DNA of 64,000 nt. It comes from Minisyncoccia bacterium. GTDB lineage: Bacteria; Patescibacteriota; Minisyncoccia; Phycocordibacterales; UBA5272. The stretch is taken from contig JBBSJU010000003.1 in the NCBI GenBank assembly GCA_038256975.1, positions 4,807-68,806 of the forward strand, read 5' to 3'. A model generated the notes under the pieces. It was not told where the DNA came from and did not search any database. It saw only the letters and a list, made by a program, of their open reading frames with translations. How positions within the stretch are numbered: position 1 is the stretch's first letter; the number at the start of each line of letters is the position of its first letter. Position numbers and translations under genes: made by a program. Of the stretch, positions 9,246-19,105 are shown one piece after another.

Positions 9246-10277
9246 TTATGCTAAATCGTAGAGTCCATCTTTCGTCTTCTTAAAGAAGTCAGTGTTCTGA
9301 AGATTGACCGCAATAGTATTTGCTTTCACTACTCGCTTCTTAAGAACATGGTCAATGACAGCTTCTTTGGTCATTGGTTTCTTTGACTCTTTGAGCACCT
9401 CCACAATGACATCTCGTACCACACCGCCTACATGTCCCCATTCGCGAAGCCCATATACACCTCGTCCGACAAGTACAAAACGTTCATCTTTAATGAGCTC
9501 ATTGTGTGTTGTTGCAACATGTGCTTTTTTACCAAAGTATTTTGAAATATCCTTCGCAACATCCTTGAAGTGCATTGGTGAGCCGAACTTTCGCATCACG
9601 AGGTATGCATAATCTTTGATTCCACGCGTGTGAATATGTGGCGACGATGTCTTACCCCACTCTCCAAGAGCATTTTTACCAATTGATTTTGATATCGCAA
9701 GATACCGTTTGATTATTTCCTCACCTCGATACTCTGGGGCAAGCTCACTTAACTTTGCAGTAAAAGTATCAATAATGTGATCCTCACTTACCAACTCTTC
9801 ATTATCCAAACCAGCATAAAGCTCAGTGAGTGCATTATGAACAAGGTCTGTTACTTTTTGATTGATGGTCCATCGGTGGTGGAAATTGTCATCTTCTTTG
9901 TGTTTTTTAAAATCATCTCCAAGAGTAAGATAGAAATGTACATGATTCTGTGTTTCAGCATCCTTAGAAACCTTACCTAGGAAGTCATGCTCCGCAACAA
10001 TACCACCCAGTTTATGGATAGCTTGTTTAAGCTCCTCAAACACATGTGCGAACTCTCCGTATGTCTCCGACTTTTTAATTGTAGAGAGGGCGAATTGTTC
10101 GATTTGTCGAACTCGTTCACGAGTAATGCCGTACTGCTTTCCAATCGCTTCAAGTGTCTTTCGTTCAGCGCCATCAGTAATACCGAAACGACTAGTAACA
10201 ACATCTTTAGCCCTTCCTGAGAGCGGTGAAAGAAGCTTTTTAGTAACCTGTTTTGGCTTGAATGTTAGTGTAGACAT
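9246..10277 (-). CDS. DNA-binding protein with N-terminal sigma-70 region-4 HTH and C-terminal HARE-HTH domain
   Basis: N-terminus ITDGAERKTLEAIGKQYGITRERVRQIEQFAL is a classic sigma70 r4.2 motif. C-terminus VVRDVIVEVLKESKKPMTKEAVIDHVLKKRVVKANTIAVNLQNTDFFKKTKDGLYDL fits the HARE-HTH pattern. No sigma region 2 is present. Confidence 0.6.
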   Translation of the reverse strand: MSTLTFKPKQVTKKLLSPLSGRAKDVVTSRFGITDGAERKTLEAIGKQYGITRERVRQIEQFALSTIKKSETYGEFAHVFEELKQAIHKLGGIVAEHDFLGKVSKDAETQNHVHFYLTLGDDFKKHKEDDNFHHRWTINQKVTDLVHNALTELYAGLDNEELVSEDHIIDTFTAKLSELAPEYRGEEIIKRYLAISKSIGKNALGEWGKTSSPHIHTRGIKDYAYLVMRKFGSPMHFKDVAKDISKYFGKKAHVATTHNELIKDERFVLVGRGVYGLREWGHVGGVVRDVIVEVLKESKKPMTKEAVIDHVLKKRVVKANTIAVNLQNTDFFKKTKDGLYDLA

Positions 10278-10333
10278 AAACTTTAATAGGACAATTACTT
10301 ATTATATTAAGATACTTCTATAAATTTGTCAAA

Positions 10334-13300
10334 TCATGGCTTAATAACGATGTTTATAATGCGATTTGGCACATAGACCACCTTTATTACCTCTTTTCCG
10401 TCTAGATATTTTAACACATTATTTTCATTTAGGGCAGCCCTTTTGACCACATCTTCCCCGGAATTAGTAGCTACCGTGATGGTGCCACGAAGTTTCCCGT
10501 TTATTTGGACACCGATTGTAATTTCATCATCAACGAGAAGCTTTTTGCTGGCTTTTGGCCAAAGACTTGTGTGTATTCCTTCCCTGTTGCCACATTCTTT
10601 GAACAAGTACTCCGTCACATGAGGAATGAAAGGATTTAGTATTTGAAGTATGAGGGAGAAATCTTTTACTGAAACCTTACAACCATCCATCACATTCATC
10701 GTTTCCATAGCCTTAGCAACGGCAGTATTGAAACTATAACTTTCAATATCCTTGGTTACTTTATTGATAAGCTTATGAATTGCTTTTTCAGCCATAGCAT
10801 CACTTTTTAAAACATTTTCTGTAAGAACGGTTTGAGCCTTCTTATACAATCGCTCAATAAATCGCCGACACCCAATAATACTTTCTTCTGACCATGGAAT
10901 AGATTCTCCATACGGACCCATAAAGGCAATGTAAAGGCGAGTAGTATCTGCACCGTATGTTTCCACAACCTCATCAGGATTAACCACATTTCCCCAACGT
11001 TTACTCATTTTTCTTCCGTCAGAAGCCATAATGAAACCATGTGTCACGAGCTGCTTAAAAGGTTCTTCTGTTGGCACCAATCCATAATCTCTAAGAACTT
11101 TGTGCCAAAAACGAGCATACAAAAGATGCCCTGTGGCATGTTCTGACCCACCTAAATACACGTTCACTTGATTCCAATATTTTATTTCCTTTGGATCTGC
11201 AAAAACTTTTTTGTTTTGCGCGTCCATGTAGCGTAGATGATACCAACTTGATCCTGCCCATCCGGGCATAGTATTCGTCTCATAGCCTGCTTTTTTCCAA
11301 GAGGCAATATTTGCAAGAGGACCTTCTCCGGTACCTGTTGGTTCGTATGAAGCCACATCAGGAAGGGTTAACGGCAACTTTTTAACCTCATGAATTAATC
11401 CCTCTTTATCTTTATAGAGCGGAATTGGCTCACCCCAATAGCGCTGTCGTGCAAAAATAGCGTCTCGCATCTTATATCGAGTCACCAGCTTTCCACCAAC
11501 TGATTTTGTAATTTCCTTTTTTGCTTGTGCTGAAGTAAGTCCAGAAAATGTGCCTGAACGCGCCACAACACCTTCTCCAGAAAACGGTAGATTATAGCCG
11601 AATTTCTCTAAAGCATACACATGTAATACTTCCACGATTTCTTTTTTTGCTTGTTCTTTCGATATCCATTCAACTTTGAATTTACCTTTCTCATTGTTTT
11701 CGAGTGCATCGCCCTTGTTTTCAAGATCTTTAAGTTTTATATGTACAAAACGAGTAAACGCCTGATGAGCTACATTTTTAGAAGTGGCAAAATATTTGTA
11801 ATCAAATATTTCTTCACTAAAGGAAACAACCTTTCCATTACAATAACCTGTCTCTTCTTGGAGCTCGCGCAATGCGGTTTGACTTGGCTGTTCACCATTC
11901 TCTACTGTTCCACCGATAAGGAGTCGCCCACCAAGTTCTGGGCCCCAGTTTATTGTTAATACCTTACCGTCAGGGGCTTCAACAAAAGCAACAATTTTAT
12001 TTTTTTGAGTAAAATTTGTAACACCTTTTACGTCCGCACGAACAAAAATTGGATTGATAACATTTTTAATAGGAAGATTATACTTTCGGGCAAATTCAAA
12101 ATCTCGCTCATCGTGTGCAGGCACTCCCATTATTGCGCCAGTTCCATATCCAGGAAGCACGTAATTTGCAATCCAAACAGGAATCTTTTCTTTTGTGCCA
12201 GGATGTGTAGCAAATATCTGTGTAAAAACTCCTGTTTTCTCTTTCGATGCATCAAAATCATTTTTCTCATGATCTTTAATAACATTTTCAATATACTCTT
12301 TAACATCTTTTGTCGTCTGCCATCCAACATTAAGCCACGTTCGCGCAAGCTCGGCTGAAACCGCAAGGAATGTTGCACCGAAGAGCGTGTCCGGACGAGT
12401 CGTGAACACAGTGACTTCATGTTTTCCTTCTGACTGCCCTGGAACATGCAACGTAAAAACAATTTCTGCACCCTCACTTTTTCCAATCCAGTTTTTTTCT
12501 ATTTCCTTTACGTTGTTTGGCCAAGCAATCGTATCTAAGCCAGACAAAAGTCGGTCAGCATACGCAGTGATTCGTAAAAACCATTGCCGAATATTCTTTT
12601 TTGTAACAGGATATCCGCCACGCTCTGATACTGGTCCGTCTTTACTATCGACAATTTCATCGTTAGCAAGCACAGTCCCGAGTGCTTCACACCAATTCAC
12701 CTGGGCAACGCCCTCATATGCAAGACGGTACTTCATCAATGTCTCTTGTTTCTGTAACGGAGACATCTTTTTCCACTCATTTTTATCAAAACCTAAAACT
12801 GTATCCGATACAAAAGCACTTACATTTTGATTTCCTCTTTTTTCAAAAATCTTTACAAGACCCTCAATAGGTAGTGCTTTCTTTTTAGTCGTGTCGTAGT
12901 AGGAACTATAAAGTTTCAAAAATATCCACTGTGTCCATTTGTAATATTCATGGTCAGTTGTATTTATCTTTTTGTCCCAATCAAAAGAAAAACCAAGTTT
13001 TTTGAGTTGCCCTTCGAAGGTTTTTACATTTATCGCAACAGCTTTCTTGGGGTGTACTTTATTTTGTATTGCAAACTGCTCAGCAGGAAGACCGAAGGCG
13101 TCATATCCCATTGGGTTTAAAACATTGAATCCTTCCATACGCTTCTTGCGAGCCACAATGTCTGTTGCGGTATAACTTCGTGGGTGACCTATATGAAGCC
13201 CTACTCCTGACGGGTACGGAATCATCGAAAGAATATAAAACGGTTTTTTTCTTGTCTTCCCACTTGCGAGCGCTTTAAATGGTTTTTCTTTATCCCATTT

Positions 13301-13402
13301 CTTTTGGAGTACTGGTTCTATTTTTTTAGGATCATACGTAACGGGAATACTTGATGCCTTTTTCGTTACCGCCTTTGTTACGTTTTTTTGAACACGTGCC
13401 AT
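10334..13402 (-). CDS. leuS: leucine--tRNA ligase with an inserted Nudix-hydrolase domain
   Basis: HIGH (HIGH at LHIGHPRS) and KMSKS (KMSKR) motifs. The CP1 editing domain ends at MGVPAHDERDFEFARKYNLPIKNVI. After CP1, an extra ~140 aa carries a perfect Nudix box GTVENGEQPSQTALRELQEETGY (G-x5-E-x7-REUxEExGU). Total 1022 aa. Confidence 0.9.
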   Translation of the reverse strand: MARVQKNVTKAVTKKASSIPVTYDPKKIEPVLQKKWDKEKPFKALASGKTRKKPFYILSMIPYPSGVGLHIGHPRSYTATDIVARKKRMEGFNVLNPMGYDAFGLPAEQFAIQNKVHPKKAVAINVKTFEGQLKKLGFSFDWDKKINTTDHEYYKWTQWIFLKLYSSYYDTTKKKALPIEGLVKIFEKRGNQNVSAFVSDTVLGFDKNEWKKMSPLQKQETLMKYRLAYEGVAQVNWCEALGTVLANDEIVDSKDGPVSERGGYPVTKKNIRQWFLRITAYADRLLSGLDTIAWPNNVKEIEKNWIGKSEGAEIVFTLHVPGQSEGKHEVTVFTTRPDTLFGATFLAVSAELARTWLNVGWQTTKDVKEYIENVIKDHEKNDFDASKEKTGVFTQIFATHPGTKEKIPVWIANYVLPGYGTGAIMGVPAHDERDFEFARKYNLPIKNVINPIFVRADVKGVTNFTQKNKIVAFVEAPDGKVLTINWGPELGGRLLIGGTVENGEQPSQTALRELQEETGYCNGKVVSFSEEIFDYKYFATSKNVAHQAFTRFVHIKLKDLENKGDALENNEKGKFKVEWISKEQAKKEIVEVLHVYALEKFGYNLPFSGEGVVARSGTFSGLTSAQAKKEITKSVGGKLVTRYKMRDAIFARQRYWGEPIPLYKDKEGLIHEVKKLPLTLPDVASYEPTGTGEGPLANIASWKKAGYETNTMPGWAGSSWYHLRYMDAQNKKVFADPKEIKYWNQVNVYLGGSEHATGHLLYARFWHKVLRDYGLVPTEEPFKQLVTHGFIMASDGRKMSKRWGNVVNPDEVVETYGADTTRLYIAFMGPYGESIPWSEESIIGCRRFIERLYKKAQTVLTENVLKSDAMAEKAIHKLINKVTKDIESYSFNTAVAKAMETMNVMDGCKVSVKDFSLILQILNPFIPHVTEYLFKECGNREGIHTSLWPKASKKLLVDDEITIGVQINGKLRGTITVATNSGEDVVKRAALNENNVLKYLDGKEVIKVVYVPNRIINIVIKP

Positions 13403-13450
13403 ATATCTACAGAGTGTATCAAAAATAAAACGAAATGGTATATTAAGTAT

Positions 13451-14014
13451 ATGAAAGACAAAAGAGTGCCAAAAAATGTTGATTATTTTGCTGAAAATAT
13501 GACCTTGTGGCTAGGCTCTTTTTCGTCTCTTATTTTACATACGATTTTATTTTGTATTGTTTTATCACTTCCTTTATTTGGTTTCGCTTTAGAAAAAGCC
13601 CTCCTTGTGCTTACAACTGCCGTATCACTTGAAGCAATATATCTTGCTCTTTTCATACAAATGTCAGTAAATCGTAATACCGCCCAACTTGAAGCAGTAG
13701 AAGAAGACCTCGAAGACATCCAAGAGGAAGTGGACGAGATTGGCGAAGACATGGAGGAAATACAAAAAGATGTTGAGGAAATTTCAGAAGACATTGAAGA
13801 GATCAGTGAGGACGTTGAAGGTATCGAAAAAAATGTTCAAGAAATTAGCGCAGACGTCGAAGAAATCCAGGAAGATGTGGCTGAACTTGAAGAAAGTACC
13901 GACTCAGAGATGATTCGAGAACAGAAAGTTGATGGTGAACAACAAGAGAGGATTGCTAAAATTGAAATCTTGCTTTCGGAGTTGAAAAAGGAATTGGGGG
14001 CGATTAAGAAGTAA
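13451..14014 (+). CDS. DUF1003-family membrane protein with acidic heptad-repeat tail
   Basis: Two TM helices, then SLEAIYLALFIQMSVNRNTAQ, which matches the DUF1003 motif (MSQNRQ). Start taken at ATG 13451 (MKDKRV); the ORF track extends to 13388. Confidence 0.6.
   Translation: MKDKRVPKNVDYFAENMTLWLGSFSSLILHTILFCIVLSLPLFGFALEKALLVLTTAVSLEAIYLALFIQMSVNRNTAQLEAVEEDLEDIQEEVDEIGEDMEEIQKDVEEISEDIEEISEDVEGIEKNVQEISADVEEIQEDVAELEESTDSEMIREQKVDGEQQERIAKIEILLSELKKELGAIKK
13709..13897 (+). repeat. 21-bp in-frame tandem repeat x9 encoding acidic heptads (hEEIxED)
   Basis: LEDIQEE VDEIGED MEEIQKD VEEISED IEEISED VEGIEKN VQEISAD VEEIQED VAELEES. Nucleotide periodicity is 21. Confidence 0.8.
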
Positions 14015-14693
14015 AATTGTTACTTTTCTTTTGGGAGATACTCTGACTAAGACCAGCTATTAGTGTAGCCACACCGACAAGGATTGTAGGAAATCCTATG
14101 ATAACGAAAAAAAAGTTACCAATAAACTCATTTCCCGAAGAAAGAAAGTAAAACAAAATAACACTCGTAGCAATTAAAAATTGCGAAATACCTATCTTCG
14201 TATTTGTATGCAATAGATTAAATGCAAGTAGGAGGTTAATAAGAGCAAGAAAAGAAGTAAAAATAACCTTTGCGAGAGTGATAGCATTAACTCCTTCTAT
14301 CACGGAAAAGATTGAATATGTTGTAAGGAAAATACTCCAAATGAAGTAAGGTGATCTAAAATTTTTAATGACTAGTTCTAAAAGAAATACAATTGGTGTT
14401 AAAAATAGTAGAATGAGTGATAAACGTACCTCTGATAAACTTTTGAAACTTGCGAAATTTCCTGCAATCTTTGTTTCAAAAAATAATGAGAAAATCAAAA
14501 CCGTAGCCATTATTTCAAAAAGATTTACGAAACGATTTGTTGGGACTATATCAAAAGCTAGTATAAGTTGAGTTATACCTAATATACCAAGCACGACGGG
14601 AAACAGTACAGGGACACCGTCCGTATATATAAACATCGCATACATTAAAATAAAAAAGCTTGATGCGAGATAAAGTGGTTTAATGTTTTGCAT
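14004..14693 (-). CDS. polytopic membrane protein (6-7 TM helices), function unknown
   Basis: 229-aa ORF, highly hydrophobic. Confidence 0.5.
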   Translation of the reverse strand: MQNIKPLYLASSFFILMYAMFIYTDGVPVLFPVVLGILGITQLILAFDIVPTNRFVNLFEIMATVLIFSLFFETKIAGNFASFKSLSEVRLSLILLFLTPIVFLLELVIKNFRSPYFIWSIFLTTYSIFSVIEGVNAITLAKVIFTSFLALINLLLAFNLLHTNTKIGISQFLIATSVILFYFLSSGNEFIGNFFFVIIGFPTILVGVATLIAGLSQSISQKKSNNFTS

Positions 14694-14770
14694 ATATAAC
14701 GTAAGTATATCGTAGATTTTTAATTCACTTCACCCGACTCGTTGCAGTAAAGGCAGCAACGTTGCTGGAT

Positions 14771-14809
14771 GATTGAGTTTAGAATTTATTTTAAATTCTA
14801 AACTCAATC
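14771..14809 (-). terminator. 17-bp perfect-stem hairpin spanning the ychF stop codon (putative terminator)
   Basis: gattgagtttagaattt / aaattctaaactcaatc arms. The right arm encodes the last residues of YchF (IEFRI) and the stop. A second small hairpin cagcaacgttgctg follows on the minus strand. No clean T-run, so the terminator role is tentative. Confidence 0.4.
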
Positions 14810-15888
14810 ACATCCCCGTCTTTTACAATGTAGTCTTTTCCTTCAGTACGCACCTTGCCTTGCGTTCGTGCAGCAGCATACGAACCACAGGCAACTAAAT
14901 CTTCATAGGCCACAACTTCTGCCCGAATAAACTTCTCTTTAAAATCAGTATGAATTGCCATACCTGCAACAGGTGCCGTAGATCCTTTTTTGATAGTCCA
15001 GGCTCGCGTTTCCACTTCACCAGTAGTTAAGTATGTTTCAAGTCCTAGCAGTTTATATGCTCCAGAAATAAGTTCTGGAATTCCATCTTTGTGTGCAGAA
15101 AGTTCAGCGCGGAAAGTAACTTGCTCTTCAGGAGAAAAGTCTTTGAGCTCGTCTTCAATTTTTGCATCCACAATAGTTGCAAGTGATCCAGTGCTTGCGA
15201 TGTAGTTTACAAGTTCTTCAAATCGCGGGTCTGACTTTTCATCAAGATTATATGCCCCTGCTTTTTTGTTTAAAATATAAAGCATGGGCTTCATAGTCAA
15301 CAGCTGAAGCGACCTAAGAACACGCAATTCTTCTTCGGTATATGAAAGAGTGATTGCTCGTTTACCTTGATCGAGATGTGGTCGAATCTTCTCAAGAACA
15401 GATTGTTCAAGGAGTGCATCTTTATCCCCTCTTTTTGCATCACGTCCAATGTTTTGTAATCGTTTATCAACTGTTTGCAGGTCGGCAAGGGCAAGTTCAA
15501 GTTCAATGGTTTCCACGTCTCGAAGTGGCTGCACACTACCGTCTACATGTATCACTGCACCATCTTCAAAAATACGCACCACATGCCCTATTGCATCCGT
15601 TTCTCGAATATGAGAAAGAAACTGGTTTCCAAGACCTTCACCGCTTGCTGCCCCGCGCACAAGTCCGGCAATATCAACAAACTCAATTGCGGCAGGAATA
15701 ATTTTCTTTGAACCACTTAGTTTTGAAAGTACTTCTAAACGAATATCTGGCACACCAACAATACCTACCGAAGGGTCAATAGTGCAGAAAGGATAGTTTT
15801 CTGCAGGTACTGTTTTTTTAGTGAGCGCATTAAAGAGTGTACTTTTACCGACGTTTGGAAGACCGACAATTCCGATTGATAATCCCAT
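14791..15888 (-). CDS. ychF: ribosome-binding ATPase YchF
   Basis: G1 motif [21 protein letters not shown]-like C-terminus. 365 aa, typical for YchF. Confidence 0.9.
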   Translation of the reverse strand: MGLSIGIVGLPNVGKSTLFNALTKKTVPAENYPFCTIDPSVGIVGVPDIRLEVLSKLSGSKKIIPAAIEFVDIAGLVRGAASGEGLGNQFLSHIRETDAIGHVVRIFEDGAVIHVDGSVQPLRDVETIELELALADLQTVDKRLQNIGRDAKRGDKDALLEQSVLEKIRPHLDQGKRAITLSYTEEELRVLRSLQLLTMKPMLYILNKKAGAYNLDEKSDPRFEELVNYIASTGSLATIVDAKIEDELKDFSPEEQVTFRAELSAHKDGIPELISGAYKLLGLETYLTTGEVETRAWTIKKGSTAPVAGMAIHTDFKEKFIRAEVVAYEDLVACGSYAAARTQGKVRTEGKDYIVKDGDVIEFRI

Positions 15889-15892
15889 ATAA

Positions 15893-16384
15893 TTAGAGTT
15901 TTTTACTGAAAGTACCTACACCGTAACGCACAATTGCAAACAAGGCAAGAATAATAAGTATGTATGGGTAGGTAGGAAAATCAAGTGTATTTTCTTGTGT
16001 TCCAACCACAAGCAGCACTGAAGCAAAAACACTATGCGTCACTATTCCCCCCGTAGAAAGAGCCTGTTTTTTGAATGAAATGGTTAGAAAAAAAAGACTT
16101 ATCGTGTAAAGAACAAGTAGTACGCTACGAACAATTTCTTGTGTGTCTTGTAAACGTAAAGACTCATATGCAAGAGGAGTGTACACGCCAAGTCCGACAA
16201 GAGTCGCAAATAAACTAAACACAAGGACAATATACAACTTTTGAGACCAAAATGAAGCAACGTCCCGAATAGCGGCAGGAATTTTTTTAAGAGGAATGTA
16301 AACAGCACACGTGACAAGAGAAATACTTGCAGGAATAGCCACAGTGAGCAAACTTACAAAAAACCAGAGCTCCCGTGTTTCCAT
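15893..16384 (-). CDS. membrane protein (4 TM helices), function unknown
   Basis: 163-aa hydrophobic ORF in a tightly packed operon with ychF. Confidence 0.45.
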   Translation of the reverse strand: METRELWFFVSLLTVAIPASISLVTCAVYIPLKKIPAAIRDVASFWSQKLYIVLVFSLFATLVGLGVYTPLAYESLRLQDTQEIVRSVLLVLYTISLFFLTISFKKQALSTGGIVTHSVFASVLLVVGTQENTLDFPTYPYILIILALFAIVRYGVGTFSKKL

Positions 16385-16387
16385 GGA

Positions 16388-16657
16388 TTATATTTTGATA
16401 TCAGTACCCGCAAGTACGTCCCGTAACTGACTCTGATATTTTTTCATTACATCAATAGATGCTTTCATTTGCCCTTCACCTTGTTTTGTTTTGTGCTCGA
16501 TTTCCTTTGATATCTTTTGAAAAAGCTCTGGATTCTTTTCCATGATTGTCATAATAAACTTCTTTTGTTCCTCAGGAACATTTTTGAGCTTATAATCAAG
16601 AACCTTCTTAAGAAAAAATTCCTTAATCATAGAGAAGTTATTTAAGTGCGGCCTCAA
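16388..16657 (-). CDS. small hypothetical Lys/Glu-rich protein
   Basis: 89-aa ORF with helical, charged composition. No motif recognised. Confidence 0.35.
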   Translation of the reverse strand: MRPHLNNFSMIKEFFLKKVLDYKLKNVPEEQKKFIMTIMEKNPELFQKISKEIEHKTKQGEGQMKASIDVMKKYQSQLRDVLAGTDIKI

Positions 16658-17243
16658 CCGTTGTCACAAAGAGGCCATTTTCAACCTTCAAACCATTAAC
16701 GAAAAATGTTGGGGTTCCTTGGACATCATTTTTTGTCCCCTCTGCTTGATCTGATTTAATTTTTGCTGCAATTTCTGTATCTTTTAAATCTGTTTTGAAT
16801 TGTTCAAGATTGAGACCAAGCTGTGTTGCATATTGCGTGAAAATATCTTCCGCTTTTGAATTTTTTGCCCACTCTGTTTGTCCTTCAAAAAGGAGATCGT
16901 ACATCTCAAAAAACTTACCCTGTTTACCAGCAGCTTCGGCAACTTTTGCAGACGCAATTGCCCGTGGATGTATTTGTGGAATAGGAAAATGTTTGAATGT
17001 AAGTTCAATATCATTTGGATATTTTGCGAGAAGATCGTCCACAATTGGTGCCATTGCCGCACATGCAGGACACTGAAAATCAGCATACTCTGTAATTTTT
17101 ACTTTTGCTGTAGCAGGCCCTTTTGTGTATGGGGTAAAGTTACCAACCACCCCTGTTGTTGTATCTGTGGGCGCACCTTTAAACCACACAAGTGCGAAAA
17201 AACCTAATGCAATAACGAGAATTCCAATAAGAAGCGTTTTCAT
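16638..17243 (-). CDS. DsbA-family thiol:disulfide oxidoreductase (thioredoxin fold), membrane-anchored
   Basis: N-terminal TM helix. CPAC active site in YADFQCPACAAMAP. FKHFPIPQIHP cis-Pro region. Confidence 0.75.
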   Translation of the reverse strand: MKTLLIGILVIALGFFALVWFKGAPTDTTTGVVGNFTPYTKGPATAKVKITEYADFQCPACAAMAPIVDDLLAKYPNDIELTFKHFPIPQIHPRAIASAKVAEAAGKQGKFFEMYDLLFEGQTEWAKNSKAEDIFTQYATQLGLNLEQFKTDLKDTEIAAKIKSDQAEGTKNDVQGTPTFFVNGLKVENGLFVTTVEAALK

Positions 17244-17249
17244 ATTTCC

Positions 17250-18026
17250 TTATTGTACACGGACAGCCTCAATATACAAAAACATTGGAATTTCTTTACG
17301 AGCCTTATCTTCAGCTGATTTTCTTTTACCGGAAAGGCTTTCTTTGTGTGAGCACCACTCTTCTAATCGACGAATGACAAAACCTGTGTTTTGGAGCGTT
17401 TTACTATACACCTGAAGTGGACGATGGAACGTTATTGATTGAGGGGAGTCTTTTTTGCTTGGATTTTGAGCAATACTTATTTTTGATTCGGTCATATAGG
17501 TAAAAACAACGCGACCTTGTTCGTTTCTTTTTTCATCAAACACCCAATCACTCAATTGCGGAATACGAAAACTTGGATGCAGCGTTACTATGTGGAGAGA
17601 GCCATTTTTCGTAAGAGACTTCGCAACAGCTTCAAATACAGTATGTAGAGAATCCATATTTTGGATTGAAAGAATACTGACACAAGCATCGAGGTTTTTA
17701 CATTCTTTCGGAAGTCCCGCACGCACATCTTGAGTAAAATATTGTTCATTTAACTTTGAACCTATTTTTGCTGCATCAATAAGTGTCTTACTGCCATCAA
17801 CGCCAAAAATAACTGCCCCTTGTTCAGCAAAAATATGTCCTACCGCTCCATTTCCGCATCCAAGATCTAAAATCCGTTTATCTTTCACATTACCTAAAAG
17901 ACGGAGAAGGTTTGGGATAATAACTTTGGCATGATACGAGTCTGTGTCTTCTTGCAGATATTTCATGTACCAAAGTGAGACTGGCTCCCAATCTGTTTTT
18001 TTTGCATTAGTTTTCCTTTTTTGCAT
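17250..18026 (-). CDS. class I SAM-dependent methyltransferase
   Basis: Motif I ILDLGCGNGAVG. Start set at the internal ATG (MQKRK) to limit overlap with the upstream gene; the track ORF extends to 18077. Confidence 0.6.
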   Translation of the reverse strand: MQKRKTNAKKTDWEPVSLWYMKYLQEDTDSYHAKVIIPNLLRLLGNVKDKRILDLGCGNGAVGHIFAEQGAVIFGVDGSKTLIDAAKIGSKLNEQYFTQDVRAGLPKECKNLDACVSILSIQNMDSLHTVFEAVAKSLTKNGSLHIVTLHPSFRIPQLSDWVFDEKRNEQGRVVFTYMTESKISIAQNPSKKDSPQSITFHRPLQVYSKTLQNTGFVIRRLEEWCSHKESLSGKRKSAEDKARKEIPMFLYIEAVRVQ

Positions 18027-18049
18027 ATCCTTGCAGAAGTTATTTCTTT

Positions 18050-19090
18050 TTATACTTCTTTTACACTCAATACACAAGGATCTCCGTTCTCTTTTTGGAG
18101 AGAGCCCCCTTCTGTGTACGTATTACACCAATGTATCCTTTCTTCTCCTTCTAACCAGTGTGGTTGATATCGTTCTCGTATAAATGGCTTAAGCTCAATA
18201 GAAACAAGTGTGTCGTCGCTCAATGTTACAAGAAGTGCCAGACCTTCCTGAACATCTGACGTGAACCATTGATCAAAAATAAAATTTCCCAGCGAATAAA
18301 AAATAGGTTTGCCATTATACATTTCCATGTCTTGTACTACATGAGGATGAGCGCCAATGACCATGTCAGCGCCAGCAATAATTGCAGATTGGGCGATTTC
18401 ACGTTCTTTACCCCCTGCTTTTTTCTCATACTCAATGCCCCAATGCGGATAGAGTATGACAAAATTACCTTTCTGTTTTTCTTCTCTTATTTTGTCTTGT
18501 ATCGAAGTAAATTTAGGATTCTCAAATTGATTGTACCCAATAAATGAAATGGAAAGTTTTTCTTTTTTTAGATTTAACGCAAGCCGTGATTCCAAGTTAC
18601 TGGGGTCTCCGAAATAACTAATCTGAGAATTATCTAAATTTACTCGTGTTTGTTGCAAGCCAGATAGTCCAAAGTTATTCGTGTGATTGTTTGCCAAACT
18701 TACAATATCAATGCCGACAGTACTTAAATCAAGAGCAGTATGAGTAGCAAATGTGAACTGTAAATTTTCTTTTGAAACAACAGATTCGTACGTTGTGATA
18801 GGCCCTTCGAGATTAATGAGTGTGATGTGAGCAGCATCAATATCTTTTTGTACGTATTCAAACAAAGCAGCAGTTCCGTGCTCATTTATGTATTTTCGTA
18901 CAGATCGATCAAGCATAACATCTCCAAATACAAGTATTGTGGTTCTCTCCGGTGCCTGTAAAAACGGTATGGCAACACGTTCTTCTGTAAATACGCTATT
19001 GTCAATATTTTTTTGTGATTGATATAAAAAAATAAAACAAAGAAGCATTAAGCCCGCTATACCGAAGTATAAAAATGGCCTGTACGACAT
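18050..19090 (-). CDS. CapA/PgsA-family metallophosphatase-like protein
   Basis: N-terminal TM. ILVFGDVMLDR and SLANNHTNNFG motifs typical of the CapA family. Confidence 0.7.
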   Translation of the reverse strand: MSYRPFLYFGIAGLMLLCFIFLYQSQKNIDNSVFTEERVAIPFLQAPERTTILVFGDVMLDRSVRKYINEHGTAALFEYVQKDIDAAHITLINLEGPITTYESVVSKENLQFTFATHTALDLSTVGIDIVSLANNHTNNFGLSGLQQTRVNLDNSQISYFGDPSNLESRLALNLKKEKLSISFIGYNQFENPKFTSIQDKIREEKQKGNFVILYPHWGIEYEKKAGGKEREIAQSAIIAGADMVIGAHPHVVQDMEMYNGKPIFYSLGNFIFDQWFTSDVQEGLALLVTLSDDTLVSIELKPFIRERYQPHWLEGEERIHWCNTYTEGGSLQKENGDPCVLSVKEV

Positions 19091-19105
19091 AATTTTTAAA
19101 ATAAA

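Noticed and set aside
13709-13897. Possible CRISPR array from the tandem repeats
   Set aside because: The repeats are 21 bp, in-frame and coding (acidic heptads). There are no spacers and no cas genes. Not CRISPR.
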